DNA of 64,000 bases from Clostridia bacterium (GCA_050951325.1 JBMNIW010000003.1:320001-384000); one strand, 5' to 3'. Shown: positions 29,157 to 38,582, counted from the first letter of the stretch. The notes: generated by a model from the letters alone, not told the origin. Translations and numbers: made by a program.

Positions 29157-30107
29157 TTAATTAAAAGCTTCTGGATGTAGTATTTTGGCAAGTTCCAAAA
29201 GACCGTCGGCAAGACGCGGGCCCTGTCTTGTAATAATGTTTTCGTCCAGTTCAAATACCTTGCCCTCTTTAACTGCGGTCAAATCTTCATAACCTGGCGT
29301 AGACATGAATCCTTGTTTGGTATCCCATCTGTCAGAGCAGATAATGAGCTCAGGATCTTTTTCAATCAAAGCTTCCTTGCTATATGACCATCCCTGTTCA
29401 TTCTTTGCGATGTTGTCTCCTCCGGCCATTTCAAGCAGAAAACTAATGAAGGTGTCTCCCGTAGCAGTGTAATCCCCGTATTCACCATATCCAACTACAT
29501 AATATACCGTGGGCTTTTCCAAGTCATTTACCTTGTTTGTAACGTCTGCAACTTTTCCCTTCATGTCTTCAACGATCTCGGAAGCTTTGGAGTTTGCGTT
29601 AAGTATGTTTCCAATCATTAAGATCGTGTCATAAACACCTTCAAAACTGCTCTGATCATCGATTACAAAAACCGGGACGCTATTTTGCCTCATCTGGTTG
29701 ATATAGTCGGGCATAACCGTTCCAGAAACAAGTACAATGTCCGCATCAAGGTCAATAACCTTCTCCACATTGGGAGTCATCAAATCTCCTATGGATTCGA
29801 CTTCGGAAACTTGATTAGGATAATCGTCATAATCCGTTCTGCCAATAAGTTTGTCCCCTTTTCCCAGAGCATAAACAGTTTCCGTAAGATTGGGCCCAAT
29901 TGTGATTATCTTCTCAGGTTCCTTTTCAACCTTAAACTTGTTGCCCTGCGTGTCTGTTATTGTCAAGGGGTACTCGGTATCGTCAGTTGTCTGTACCGGA
30001 GTTGACTTTGGTTTCGGATTGTTCTCCGCAATGGCACAACTTGCCAAAACAAACAATAAAACAACTGCCATAACAATTATTATGGACTTCTTAATACTTT
30101 TTATCAT
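29157..30107 (-). CDS. btuF: Cobalamin ABC transporter substrate-binding lipoprotein (BtuF/YvrC-like)
   Basis: Lipobox LASC, YPLTITD, ETVYALG, TDYDDYP, RQGPRL; lies downstream of a cobalamin riboswitch. Confidence 0.82.
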   Translation of the reverse strand: MIKSIKKSIIIVMAVVLLFVLASCAIAENNPKPKSTPVQTTDDTEYPLTITDTQGNKFKVEKEPEKIITIGPNLTETVYALGKGDKLIGRTDYDDYPNQVSEVESIGDLMTPNVEKVIDLDADIVLVSGTVMPDYINQMRQNSVPVFVIDDQSSFEGVYDTILMIGNILNANSKASEIVEDMKGKVADVTNKVNDLEKPTVYYVVGYGEYGDYTATGDTFISFLLEMAGGDNIAKNEQGWSYSKEALIEKDPELIICSDRWDTKQGFMSTPGYEDLTAVKEGKVFELDENIITRQGPRLADGLLELAKILHPEAFN

Positions 30108-30138
30108 AATTTCCCTCCGAAATTATTTATTTTTCTCA

Positions 30139-30315
30139 TTCCCGGCAGGTCTCCTGGCTTAAACCTCAAGCCGCATACCATACCTTCCCAGTTTCCCAGT
30201 GGTATGACCCGGTTGTCAAAACGAGCCATGGCATGCGTAAGTTAATACAGTAGCGGGGGCTGCTGCGGATTCTCACCGCATTCCCTATTAAAGCAAAAAG
30301 CTACCTGGGAACAGA
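30139..30315 (-). promoter_or_regulatory. Cobalamin (AdoCbl) riboswitch
   Basis: Minus strand reads AGGT..TAATAGGGAA-TGCGGTGAGAATCCGCA-GCAGCCCCCGCTACTGTA...CACTGGGAAACTGGGAAGG...AAGCCAGGAGACCTGCC (B12 box). Confidence 0.95.
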
Positions 30316-30319
30316 CATA

Positions 30320-30348
30320 ATATTACATCGCAAAAATACATATGTCAA
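30320..30348 (-). promoter_or_regulatory. Sigma-A promoter driving the riboswitch-btuF transcript
   Basis: TTGACA-17 bp-TAATAT immediately upstream of the riboswitch. Confidence 0.7.
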
Positions 30349-30701
30349 CAAAAAAAGATTGAAAAGGGTTCCATCGACGATATCTCCATATCAACCACAA
30401 CCTATACCGAATTCTCCTCTGTAGGAAGCCTTTAGGGCTTTATCCACTATATTTCAATTCCAGCGGAATGGTATTATTGGGGTATCGATGCAATGGTAAC
30501 AAGTAAACATTAGCAATCATATACATATTCAAAGCTATGTTGACAATTAATACTTGTGAAATACCGATACCTTCTATTGTTGTAATACCATCAGAAAATA
30601 GATGTATTTTCAACAAAATTTGTTTTTATGTAACTAAATCACTGTACTTGATTTTTCGCAGAGTATAATGTACCTTGTATAAATAAAATCACAAGGAGTT
30701 C

Positions 30702-31376
30702 TTGTTTATGGAGTATTTTATCGCATTTCTTGAAGGAATAATCACATTCATATCGCCCTGCCTTCTTCCAATGCTGCCCGTGTACGTCTCCTACTTCTCA
30801 GGACAGGACAATACGAGCAAAAAAGACACATTCCTTAATTCATTGGGATTTGTTATCGGCTTTACAACCATATTCGTAACCTTGGGAGCCTTGGCAGGTA
30901 CATTGGGAAGATTCCTTACAAAATACAATACCTATGTGAACATATTGTTGGGGCTGGCAATGATCCTTATGGGTTTAAGCATAGCAGGTCTTTTCAACCT
31001 TCCCTTTTTTAAAGGCGGGAAAGGTTTTAATGCAAATGGGAAAAAAATGAACATGGGAAGATCCTTTGTGTTTGGTGTTGTATTCTCTGTAAGCTGGACA
31101 CCTTGTGTGGGAGCTTTTTTAGGTTCAGCTCTGATGATGGCCGCTTCCAAAGGAGAAAGCCTTACAGGGATAATAATGCTTCTGCTATACTCCATCGGTC
31201 TTGGAGTTCCCTTTGTAGTCAGCGCAATACTGATAGACAGAATAAAGAACACCTTCAATTTTATTAAGAGAAATTATAAAGTTATAAATATTGTGTCGGG
31301 TTCGCTACTTGTAATATTTGGAATACTTCTTGCCACAGGGCTTATGGGACATTTTCTGAGATTGCTTTCGTTTTAG
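30702..31376 (+). CDS. ccdA: CcdA/DsbD-family thiol-disulfide membrane electron transporter
   Basis: FISPCLLPMLPVY and WTPCVGAFLG Cys motifs, YSIGLGVPF, six TM segments. Confidence 0.93.
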   Translation: MFMEYFIAFLEGIITFISPCLLPMLPVYVSYFSGQDNTSKKDTFLNSLGFVIGFTTIFVTLGALAGTLGRFLTKYNTYVNILLGLAMILMGLSIAGLFNLPFFKGGKGFNANGKKMNMGRSFVFGVVFSVSWTPCVGAFLGSALMMAASKGESLTGIIMLLLYSIGLGVPFVVSAILIDRIKNTFNFIKRNYKVINIVSGSLLVIFGILLATGLMGHFLRLLSF

Positions 31377-31380
31377 GCAT

Positions 31381-31406
31381 AAAGCTGCCGCAGTGGCGGC
31401 AGCTTT
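31381..31406. terminator. Bidirectional terminator between ccdA and the convergent surface-protein gene
   Basis: AAAGCTGCCGC-AGTG-GCGGCAGCTTT. Confidence 0.8.
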
Positions 31407-31413
31407 AATGTCA

Positions 31414-32499
31414 TTACTTTTTCTTCGTTGCCCTTACAGCCAGCAAGATGATAACCACACAAACAACAACAGCAGCTCCGATAATTCCAATGATTATTCC
31501 CATATTACTATCGCCTGATGTTTTATCAGATTTTGCAGCAGTTGTCGTTGCGGGTTTTTCCGTCTCCTTTACTTCCTCAGTTGGCGAAGGTGTAGGTGTA
31601 GGATCTGGAGTTGGTGTTGGTTCAAATTCATAGGTAAAAGCCAGATTATCTATATTTACAGCCTTGTCACGGATACCAATTGCCAGCTGACTGGATTCAG
31701 GATTGAGTCTTGAATTCTCAACTTTCAAAGCTTCGTTGCCTTCAGCATCATGAATTACCGCAGTCTTGTAATATGTATAATTCTCCTCTTCATATGACAA
31801 CTCTTCATCATAAGTTCCCGGATCCGACATGGTTACTGTTGAAATCTTTTCATTGTTTAGATAGATTTCCACCTTTTCGCCATCGTCAACAAACTTCAAG
31901 TTAAAGAACTTGGAAATATCAATCCCTTCCGGATATGGAAAATCGTAAAAGCGGTGTCCAATGTTAATACCATCCGTCTCATATGTTTTTATCGCAACTC
32001 TTAATGCATCCGCTCTCGGCATTACCATAATACCACTGCTGCCTTGTGAAGTATCGCAATTCTGGCCACCATTCTCTTTATACCAGTCTGCTTCAAAATA
32101 TCCGATTCTGTCGTCTTTTCCTCCGCCGTGAGCAGGATTGAATTTCGTTATAGGTTCATATGACCTTACAAAAAACGCAATGTTTTCGGTATCAACAAGC
32201 TGCACATCGACACTAAAGGTATAAGGCGCTTCAATAAGGTCATAAGTAAAGAACTCCATATACCCCTGTAGAGAAAGATATTTGTTGTCTCCATCCTCCA
32301 CCACCTTTGCCACAGGACTAGGACCTGCCAGTGTAACTTGGAAATAGTCTGTCAGATCAAGGATGTTTCTTGCATCGGTTTCTGCATCCTCATCCTCAAA
32401 ATCCATTGTGAATTCAAAGGTTTCCGCAGACAAATTCAAAACGGCAGTGCCCATAAGCAAGACAACAAGAATTAGATTTACAATTAATCTTTTTTTCAT
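31414..32499 (-). CDS. Uncharacterised secreted, membrane-anchored protein (beta-sandwich-like domain, PT-rich linker, C-terminal TM)
   Basis: Signal peptide ending NLSA, acidic beta-rich domain ending IDNL, PTPTPDPTPTPSPT linker, TM plus KKK tail. Confidence 0.88.
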   Translation of the reverse strand: MKKRLIVNLILVVLLMGTAVLNLSAETFEFTMDFEDEDAETDARNILDLTDYFQVTLAGPSPVAKVVEDGDNKYLSLQGYMEFFTYDLIEAPYTFSVDVQLVDTENIAFFVRSYEPITKFNPAHGGGKDDRIGYFEADWYKENGGQNCDTSQGSSGIMVMPRADALRVAIKTYETDGINIGHRFYDFPYPEGIDISKFFNLKFVDDGEKVEIYLNNEKISTVTMSDPGTYDEELSYEEENYTYYKTAVIHDAEGNEALKVENSRLNPESSQLAIGIRDKAVNIDNLAFTYEFEPTPTPDPTPTPSPTEEVKETEKPATTTAAKSDKTSGDSNMGIIIGIIGAAVVVCVVIILLAVRATKKK

Positions 32500-32532
32500 T
32501 GATTTTCCTCCTCTCAAATAATATGGTATACG

Positions 32533-32571
32533 AAAAAAGCTGTCATACCATTCTATATGGTGACAGCTCTT
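32533..32571 (-). terminator. Terminator between the tandem paralogs
   Basis: AGCTGTCA...TGACAGCT inverted repeat with an A/T run on the left side. Confidence 0.65.
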
Positions 32572-32574
32572 AAA

Positions 32575-33651
32575 TTAATTATTCTTTTTCTTAATTCTTG
32601 AAACCAGCACTATGACAACCACACCAACAACAGCAGCGGCAATTATTCCAATAATTATTCCCAAACTGCTTCCGCCCGCCGATTCATCAGAATCCGTCGG
32701 AGAAGTCTGCGCAGGCTTTTCTGTATCATCCACTTCCTCTGTAGGAGATGGGGTTGGTGTTGGCTCAGGAGTTGGTGTTTCTTCATACTCATAGCTGAAG
32801 AACAAATTGTCAATGCAGACTTTCTTGTTGCGAACACCTATCGCCAGCTGGCTTGACTCCGGATTAAGCCTTGCATTCTCAACTTTCAACATTTCATTGC
32901 CTTCCGCATCGTTAATCACGGCAGTCTTGAAATATGTAAACTCATCTTCTTCAAAAACCACTTCTTCTTCATATGTTCCTGGATCCGACATGGTTACTGT
33001 TGCAATCTTTTCATTGTTTAGATAGATTTCTACCTTTTCACCATCGTCAACAAACTTTAAATTAAAGAACTGAGAGATATCAAACCCTTCCGGATATGGG
33101 AAATCGTAATAGCGATGCCCAATATTAATACCGTCCGGTTCGAAGGTTTTTATCGCTACTCTTAATGCATCTGCTCTTGGCATTACCATAATACCACTGC
33201 TGCCTTGTGATGATGCACAATTTTCCCCGCCATTCTGTGTATACCAATCCAATTCAAAATATCCGATTCTGTCATTTCTTCCACCAGCATGTGCAGGATT
33301 GTATTTTGTTATTGGGTAATGTGCCCTGACAAAAAATGCAACAAACTCCGTGTCTATAACCTGAACATCCAAACTGAAAGTATATGGAGGCTCAATCATA
33401 TCGATCGTGTAAATTTCCGAATACCCCTCAAGATAAAGATATTTGTTGTCGCCGTCCTCCACAACCTTTGCTACAGGACCGGACCCTGCCAAAGTGACTT
33501 GCCAAAAATCAGTGAGATCAATAATATTTCTGGCATCATAGTCCACTTCCTCATCATTAAAATCCATTTTGAACTCAAAGGTTGCAGCGGACGATGCAAT
33601 AATGATAAATAATGAGATAAGGATAAGGTTAACAATTAGCTTTTTTGTCAT
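32575..33651 (-). CDS. Tandem paralog of 31414-32499: secreted, membrane-anchored protein
   Basis: Same architecture, with shared strings QGSSGIMVMPRADALRVAIKT, FFNLKFVDDGEKVEIYLNNEKI, RLNPESSQLAIG. Confidence 0.88.
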   Translation of the reverse strand: MTKKLIVNLILISLFIIIASSAATFEFKMDFNDEEVDYDARNIIDLTDFWQVTLAGSGPVAKVVEDGDNKYLYLEGYSEIYTIDMIEPPYTFSLDVQVIDTEFVAFFVRAHYPITKYNPAHAGGRNDRIGYFELDWYTQNGGENCASSQGSSGIMVMPRADALRVAIKTFEPDGINIGHRYYDFPYPEGFDISQFFNLKFVDDGEKVEIYLNNEKIATVTMSDPGTYEEEVVFEEDEFTYFKTAVINDAEGNEMLKVENARLNPESSQLAIGVRNKKVCIDNLFFSYEYEETPTPEPTPTPSPTEEVDDTEKPAQTSPTDSDESAGGSSLGIIIGIIAAAVVGVVVIVLVSRIKKKNN

Positions 33652-33857
33652 TATTTTTCCTCCTTTTTAATTCTGTAACACTTGCCTCATTTTTGTTATA
33701 TTAAGAATAATAAATAAGTATACATAAGTCAATAATAATTAATAAATTTTATGCGGTTATAAATGCAAAAATGATATATCCATCTATGCTCCGGTTTGAT
33801 TATGAAAAAAATTTATGATAAACTACATGGCAGTCTTTAATGAAAAAGGAGCCAATT

Positions 33858-36530
33858 ATGAAGGGAAATCAGAAATACGTAACAACAATTATTCTTTTAC
33901 TTTGCTTTCTGACACCTGCACTGGTGCTGCTTTTCGCATTTTCAGCTTACGGAATGGCACCCTTCGGTGAAAAATCCATAATGATAATGGACATGTCTGG
34001 TCAATATTCTGAATTCTACATAGGACTGCGTCATTTCGGGAAAATGGGCAATATGTTCTTTTCCTGGTCCAAAACTCTGGGAACCAGCTATATTGGCGTT
34101 TTTGCATACTATCTATCAAGCCCCTTGTCTTTCCTAACCCTTTTATCCTCAGAGGCCAACATGCCCATATTTCTTCTATTTCTGACTGTACTTAAAATTG
34201 GACTTTGCGGTATGACTTTCGGAATATACCTTATGTATATGTTTAAAAGAAGGGATTTTTCAGTTGTTCTTTTTTCCTTGTTTTATGGACTAATGTCGTA
34301 TAACATAGTTTACTCCATGTGTCTTATGTGGATAGATGGAGTCATCTGGCTGCCAATCATCCTGATTGGAATTGAAGAACTGCTTAAAAAAGGCAAGAGG
34401 AAATTGCTTGTAACAAGCTTGTTTTGCGTATTCATCTCCACCTACTACATCTCCTATATGATAGGGGCATTTTCCTGCATATATCTTGTCTACAGATATT
34501 TATCCCACTACTCTGATGAGATGCCTGTAAAAAGGCTTTTCATCTATTTTACCAAACTGATTTCATCAGCTTTGATTGCCGCACTTCTTGGTGCATGGTT
34601 TTTGATTCCAACCCTTGTTTCCCTTTTTGACGGAAAAATCGGAGGAGCAAACTACACGCCTCAAGGAAACATCAACTTTGAACTGAAAAACCTTGTATCA
34701 AAACTCTTTCTTGGCAGTTACGACAGTATAACCAACAGTGGCATGCCCTTTATTTACTGTGGCATTGTGGTAACAATACTCTTTATTGGATACTTCTTTA
34801 TAAGGAGCGTATCGGTAAAGGAAAAGGCATCCACATTTCTTGTTGCCTCTTACCTGCTGGCAAGCATGTATTTTATTAATCTGGATGTTGCATGGCACAT
34901 TTTCCAATTTCCCAACTGGTTTCCCTACAGATACTCCTTCGTCTTTTTATTCTTCATGATATTTACAGCATACAAGGCATTTGATTCAATAAAGGATTTG
35001 TCAAAAGCCTTCTTTGTAACTTTTCCCCTGGTTTCGATAATGGTAGCTCAGCTGGTGTTGAAAATAAGGTACAGGTATTTGGATGAAGAAAGAATAACAC
35101 TTACTGTAAAGCTCCTTGTTTTCTACATTTTCTGCCTGCTGGCAATCAATCTGATAAAGCATGTCAAGGAAAAAGAAGGGTTCGACGATTCCGTAAAAAG
35201 ATATGCCATAGCATTTCTAACATTAACAATGCTTGTCATAAGCAGTTACGAGCTTTACAAACACTCCATATACATGTTAAAAGGACTTGACAAGGCACAT
35301 CATTACGAGGATATTAAGCCGTATCAGGAGTACAGGAATGCTGTAAACAAACTCCTTGAAGAAGCAAAATCCCAAAAAGGGAAGCACGACTTTTACAGGG
35401 TTACAAAAAACTTCTCAAGAAGCATCAACGAACCAATAAGTTTTGGTTACAGTGGTATTGATCATTACAGCTCCGCCTACAACAGAGTAGTCAATGACAC
35501 ATTAAGAACCCTTGGATTTTCTTCCGCCTATTTGTGGATTACCGGATACGGCTCCACAATTGTTACAGACACAATATTAAATATTGAATACCTTATGTCA
35601 ATTTCACCAGTTACTAAAAGATATGAAAAGCTTAAAACCATTGAAAACATATCCTTGTACAGAAAACCGGAAGACAGAAATATTTACGGAGAGCCTAAAG
35701 ACCTAAGCATATACAGAAACCCAATTGCCTTGCCCGTGGCTTTCATGGCTGATTCGGAGCTATTGAGAAAGAAATTGAAAGCACCAAATATGTTTGCAGC
35801 ACAAAACCTTTTTCTTTCCCATCTTGTTGGAGAAAACATAAACTGCTTTGAAAGAATAACACCGGAAAGATACGGGAAATACTCTTATCCCAAAGAAGAC
35901 GACGATTATGTATACATGAAATCAGGCAGCGAAGGTATCGTATCCTACTATTTTATTGCAGAAAAGGACATGGAGCTTTATGCTTACTTTCCTTTTAACA
36001 ACAATCACACCAACTGCTCTGTATATGTAAACGACGTATATGTTGCGAACCTTTATTACGGTCAGTATGACTGCGCACACTTCTTAGGCAGCTTCAAGAA
36101 AGGCGATGAGGCAAGAATCGACCTTATATTCAAGTCCACATATTTAAATACAAGGGGCAATATGTTCTACGCTCTTGACTATGACAAGTTTGCAAGCATT
36201 TGCGATGAATTTAGAGAAGAAAGCCTTAAAGTTGACTACTTTGATGGAAATGAAATAAAAGGCACCGTTTCCGCAAAGGATAACGGCACCCTGTTTACAA
36301 GCATTCCCTATGACAAGGGTTGGTCAGTTTATGTGGACGGAAAGAAAGTAAAAACACACAAGTACTCGGACACTTTCCTTTGTATAGAAGTTCCGAAAGG
36401 CGAACACGAGATCATCTTCAAGTTCACACATGTAGGATTTGTACCAGGCCTTATTCTTTCCATAACAACCCTATTGGGTATAATTACATTCGAAATTCTG
36501 CAAAGAAGAAAACTTATATCGAAATCTTGA
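33858..36530 (+). CDS. YfhO family membrane glycosyltransferase (GT-C)
   Basis: DMSGQY, YYLSSP, WHIFQFPNWFPYRYSF, HYSS, TSIPYDKGWSVYVDGKKV; about 890 aa, polytopic. Confidence 0.92.
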   Translation: MKGNQKYVTTIILLLCFLTPALVLLFAFSAYGMAPFGEKSIMIMDMSGQYSEFYIGLRHFGKMGNMFFSWSKTLGTSYIGVFAYYLSSPLSFLTLLSSEANMPIFLLFLTVLKIGLCGMTFGIYLMYMFKRRDFSVVLFSLFYGLMSYNIVYSMCLMWIDGVIWLPIILIGIEELLKKGKRKLLVTSLFCVFISTYYISYMIGAFSCIYLVYRYLSHYSDEMPVKRLFIYFTKLISSALIAALLGAWFLIPTLVSLFDGKIGGANYTPQGNINFELKNLVSKLFLGSYDSITNSGMPFIYCGIVVTILFIGYFFIRSVSVKEKASTFLVASYLLASMYFINLDVAWHIFQFPNWFPYRYSFVFLFFMIFTAYKAFDSIKDLSKAFFVTFPLVSIMVAQLVLKIRYRYLDEERITLTVKLLVFYIFCLLAINLIKHVKEKEGFDDSVKRYAIAFLTLTMLVISSYELYKHSIYMLKGLDKAHHYEDIKPYQEYRNAVNKLLEEAKSQKGKHDFYRVTKNFSRSINEPISFGYSGIDHYSSAYNRVVNDTLRTLGFSSAYLWITGYGSTIVTDTILNIEYLMSISPVTKRYEKLKTIENISLYRKPEDRNIYGEPKDLSIYRNPIALPVAFMADSELLRKKLKAPNMFAAQNLFLSHLVGENINCFERITPERYGKYSYPKEDDDYVYMKSGSEGIVSYYFIAEKDMELYAYFPFNNNHTNCSVYVNDVYVANLYYGQYDCAHFLGSFKKGDEARIDLIFKSTYLNTRGNMFYALDYDKFASICDEFREESLKVDYFDGNEIKGTVSAKDNGTLFTSIPYDKGWSVYVDGKKVKTHKYSDTFLCIEVPKGEHEIIFKFTHVGFVPGLILSITTLLGIITFEILQRRKLISKS

Positions 36531-37572
36531 CTTCCTTGTTTGTTCTTGCAGACTCGTAAAGAGCATCAATTATCTTCATCAACACCACACCATCCTCGGC
36601 AGGGCTGATGCATGTTTTTCCTGTTCTTACACAGTCAACAAAGTGGTAAATCTCTTTGTTGAAAATAGTACCAAAATCAAAGGCACTGGAACCAGAGGGC
36701 TCTATGTCCACCATGGTATCGTTCAAGTCAGTGAAGATATGAACATGGGGATCAATCTTTGCACCGGACTTTGTGCCAAACAACTCCACACTTCCCACAT
36801 CATGCTTGATGTGCAGGTTGAAGCTTGCTTCAATGTACAAGGTCAAGCCATTCTCAAACTTTACAAATCCCGCTGCAAAGTCTTCTGTATTTGCCTCAAA
36901 AGCTCCTTCCGAATCTATCTCCCAGGCTTTATCACCGGCAACGTCCTTGTCCCTAAGCTTGCCGTATGAAACACCATAGGCGGATACAGGAAGTGGATTT
37001 CCTGCAAGATACCTTACAAGATCAATTACATGAACGCCCAGATCAATCAAAGGTCCGCCTCCTGAATATCTCTTGTCAGCAAACCATCCGCCAGGTGTCC
37101 CGTTCCTTCTTAAATATGAAGCCTTAGCATAGTAAATATCTCCCATGTCTCCTGCTTCAATAAATCGCTTGATTATATCCGTGTCGTTTCCAAAACGTCT
37201 GACAAAGCCAATCATTAAAAGCTTGTTGTTATCCTTTGCAGCCTTCTCCATCTCCAGTGCTTCTTCCTGGTTCATTGCCATAGGCTTTTCACACAACACG
37301 TTGGCGCCTGCATTCAATGCCGCAATGGTAGCGTTTTTATGTTCACTGTTCCATGTGCAGACACTAACACAGTCAAGCTCCTCCTTTTCAAGCATTTCGT
37401 TATAATCCGTATAGTATCTTGGCACATTGTATCTTGCAGCATATGCTTTTACCTTTTCCTCGTCGATATCGCATACCGCCACAACATCCACGCCTTCTAT
37501 GGCTTTGTATCCATTCATGTGGATGTGACTTATACCTCCCGTGCCAATAATACCTACATTAATTTTCTTCAT
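36514..37572 (-). CDS. Gfo/Idh/MocA family NAD(P)-dependent oxidoreductase
   Basis: GIIGTGGI, LCEKPMA, GGGPLIDLGVHVID; overlaps the upstream GT2 by 14 bp. Confidence 0.93.
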   Translation of the reverse strand: MKKINVGIIGTGGISHIHMNGYKAIEGVDVVAVCDIDEEKVKAYAARYNVPRYYTDYNEMLEKEELDCVSVCTWNSEHKNATIAALNAGANVLCEKPMAMNQEEALEMEKAAKDNNKLLMIGFVRRFGNDTDIIKRFIEAGDMGDIYYAKASYLRRNGTPGGWFADKRYSGGGPLIDLGVHVIDLVRYLAGNPLPVSAYGVSYGKLRDKDVAGDKAWEIDSEGAFEANTEDFAAGFVKFENGLTLYIEASFNLHIKHDVGSVELFGTKSGAKIDPHVHIFTDLNDTMVDIEPSGSSAFDFGTIFNKEIYHFVDCVRTGKTCISPAEDGVVLMKIIDALYESARTNKEVKISI

Positions 37573-38518
37573 TATGTTCCCTCCTGATAATATTGCTGTC
37601 TTTAATTATATACAAAGGTCTTCTCTTGACTTCCAGATAGGTTTTTGCAAGATACTGACCCAGTATCCCTATTGAAAATAATTGAATACCACTAAGCATA
37701 AGGATTATGCTTACCATTGAAGCCCAGCCATAGGCAGAATTATGCCAAATCAGCTGCCTTATTACAACAAATACAATTGCAGCAAATGAAACAAGACAAA
37801 GAATAATGCCTATTATTGAGGAAATTGCAAGAGGTACGGTGGAAAAGGCAACTATGCCTTCAAATGAATACAGCAAAAGCTTCCAGAATGACCACTTGGT
37901 CTCTCCGTCCACCCTTTTTACATTTTCATACTCCAGCCATTTGGTGTTGAAACCAACCCAGCTGAAGATTCCTTTTGAAAATCTGTTATACTCCCCCACA
38001 CTAATAATTGCGTCCACCATCTGTCTGGACATAAGGCGGTAATCCCTGGCACCGTCGACAATGTCAATCTTCGTAATTTTTCTCATAAGTTTGTAAAACA
38101 GTCTCGCGCAGAAAGACCTTATCTTTGGTTCGCCTATTCTGTTTACCCTTCTTGTCGCTGCACAGTCGTAGCCATCGTGCTTCACTGTTCTGTACATTTC
38201 GGATAAAAGTTCGGGAGGATCCTGCATGTCCGCATCCATGACAACCACATAATCCCCGGTTGAATTTTCAAGACCTGCGTACATGGCGGACTCTTTGCCA
38301 AAGTTCCTTGAAAATGATATATATCTTACCCTGGAATCCTCTTCTGCCAGCTTTTTTAGAATACCCAATGTTCCGTCAGAGGATCCGTCGTCAACAAACA
38401 ATACTTCAAACTCTACATCCTTAAATTCTTCCGTCATTACCTTTTTTAGAGCATTCCAGAAATGCGGCAGCGCATCTTCTTCCCTGTAGCAGGGAACAAC
38501 AACCGATATCTTGTCCAT
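37559..38518 (-). CDS. GT2 polyprenyl-phosphate glycosyltransferase (GtrB/CsbB/YkcC-like)
   Basis: VVVPCY, VDDGSSD, SRNFGKESA, DADMQDPP, two C-terminal TM segments, EVKRRPLYII. Confidence 0.94.
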   Translation of the reverse strand: MDKISVVVPCYREEDALPHFWNALKKVMTEEFKDVEFEVLFVDDGSSDGTLGILKKLAEEDSRVRYISFSRNFGKESAMYAGLENSTGDYVVVMDADMQDPPELLSEMYRTVKHDGYDCAATRRVNRIGEPKIRSFCARLFYKLMRKITKIDIVDGARDYRLMSRQMVDAIISVGEYNRFSKGIFSWVGFNTKWLEYENVKRVDGETKWSFWKLLLYSFEGIVAFSTVPLAISSIIGIILCLVSFAAIVFVVIRQLIWHNSAYGWASMVSIILMLSGIQLFSIGILGQYLAKTYLEVKRRPLYIIKDSNIIRREHNEEN

Positions 38519-38582
38519 TGCTATCCTCTCTAACTAAATTTTACAACATATTATACCTATATTATCCATTATTTGCAAAGCA

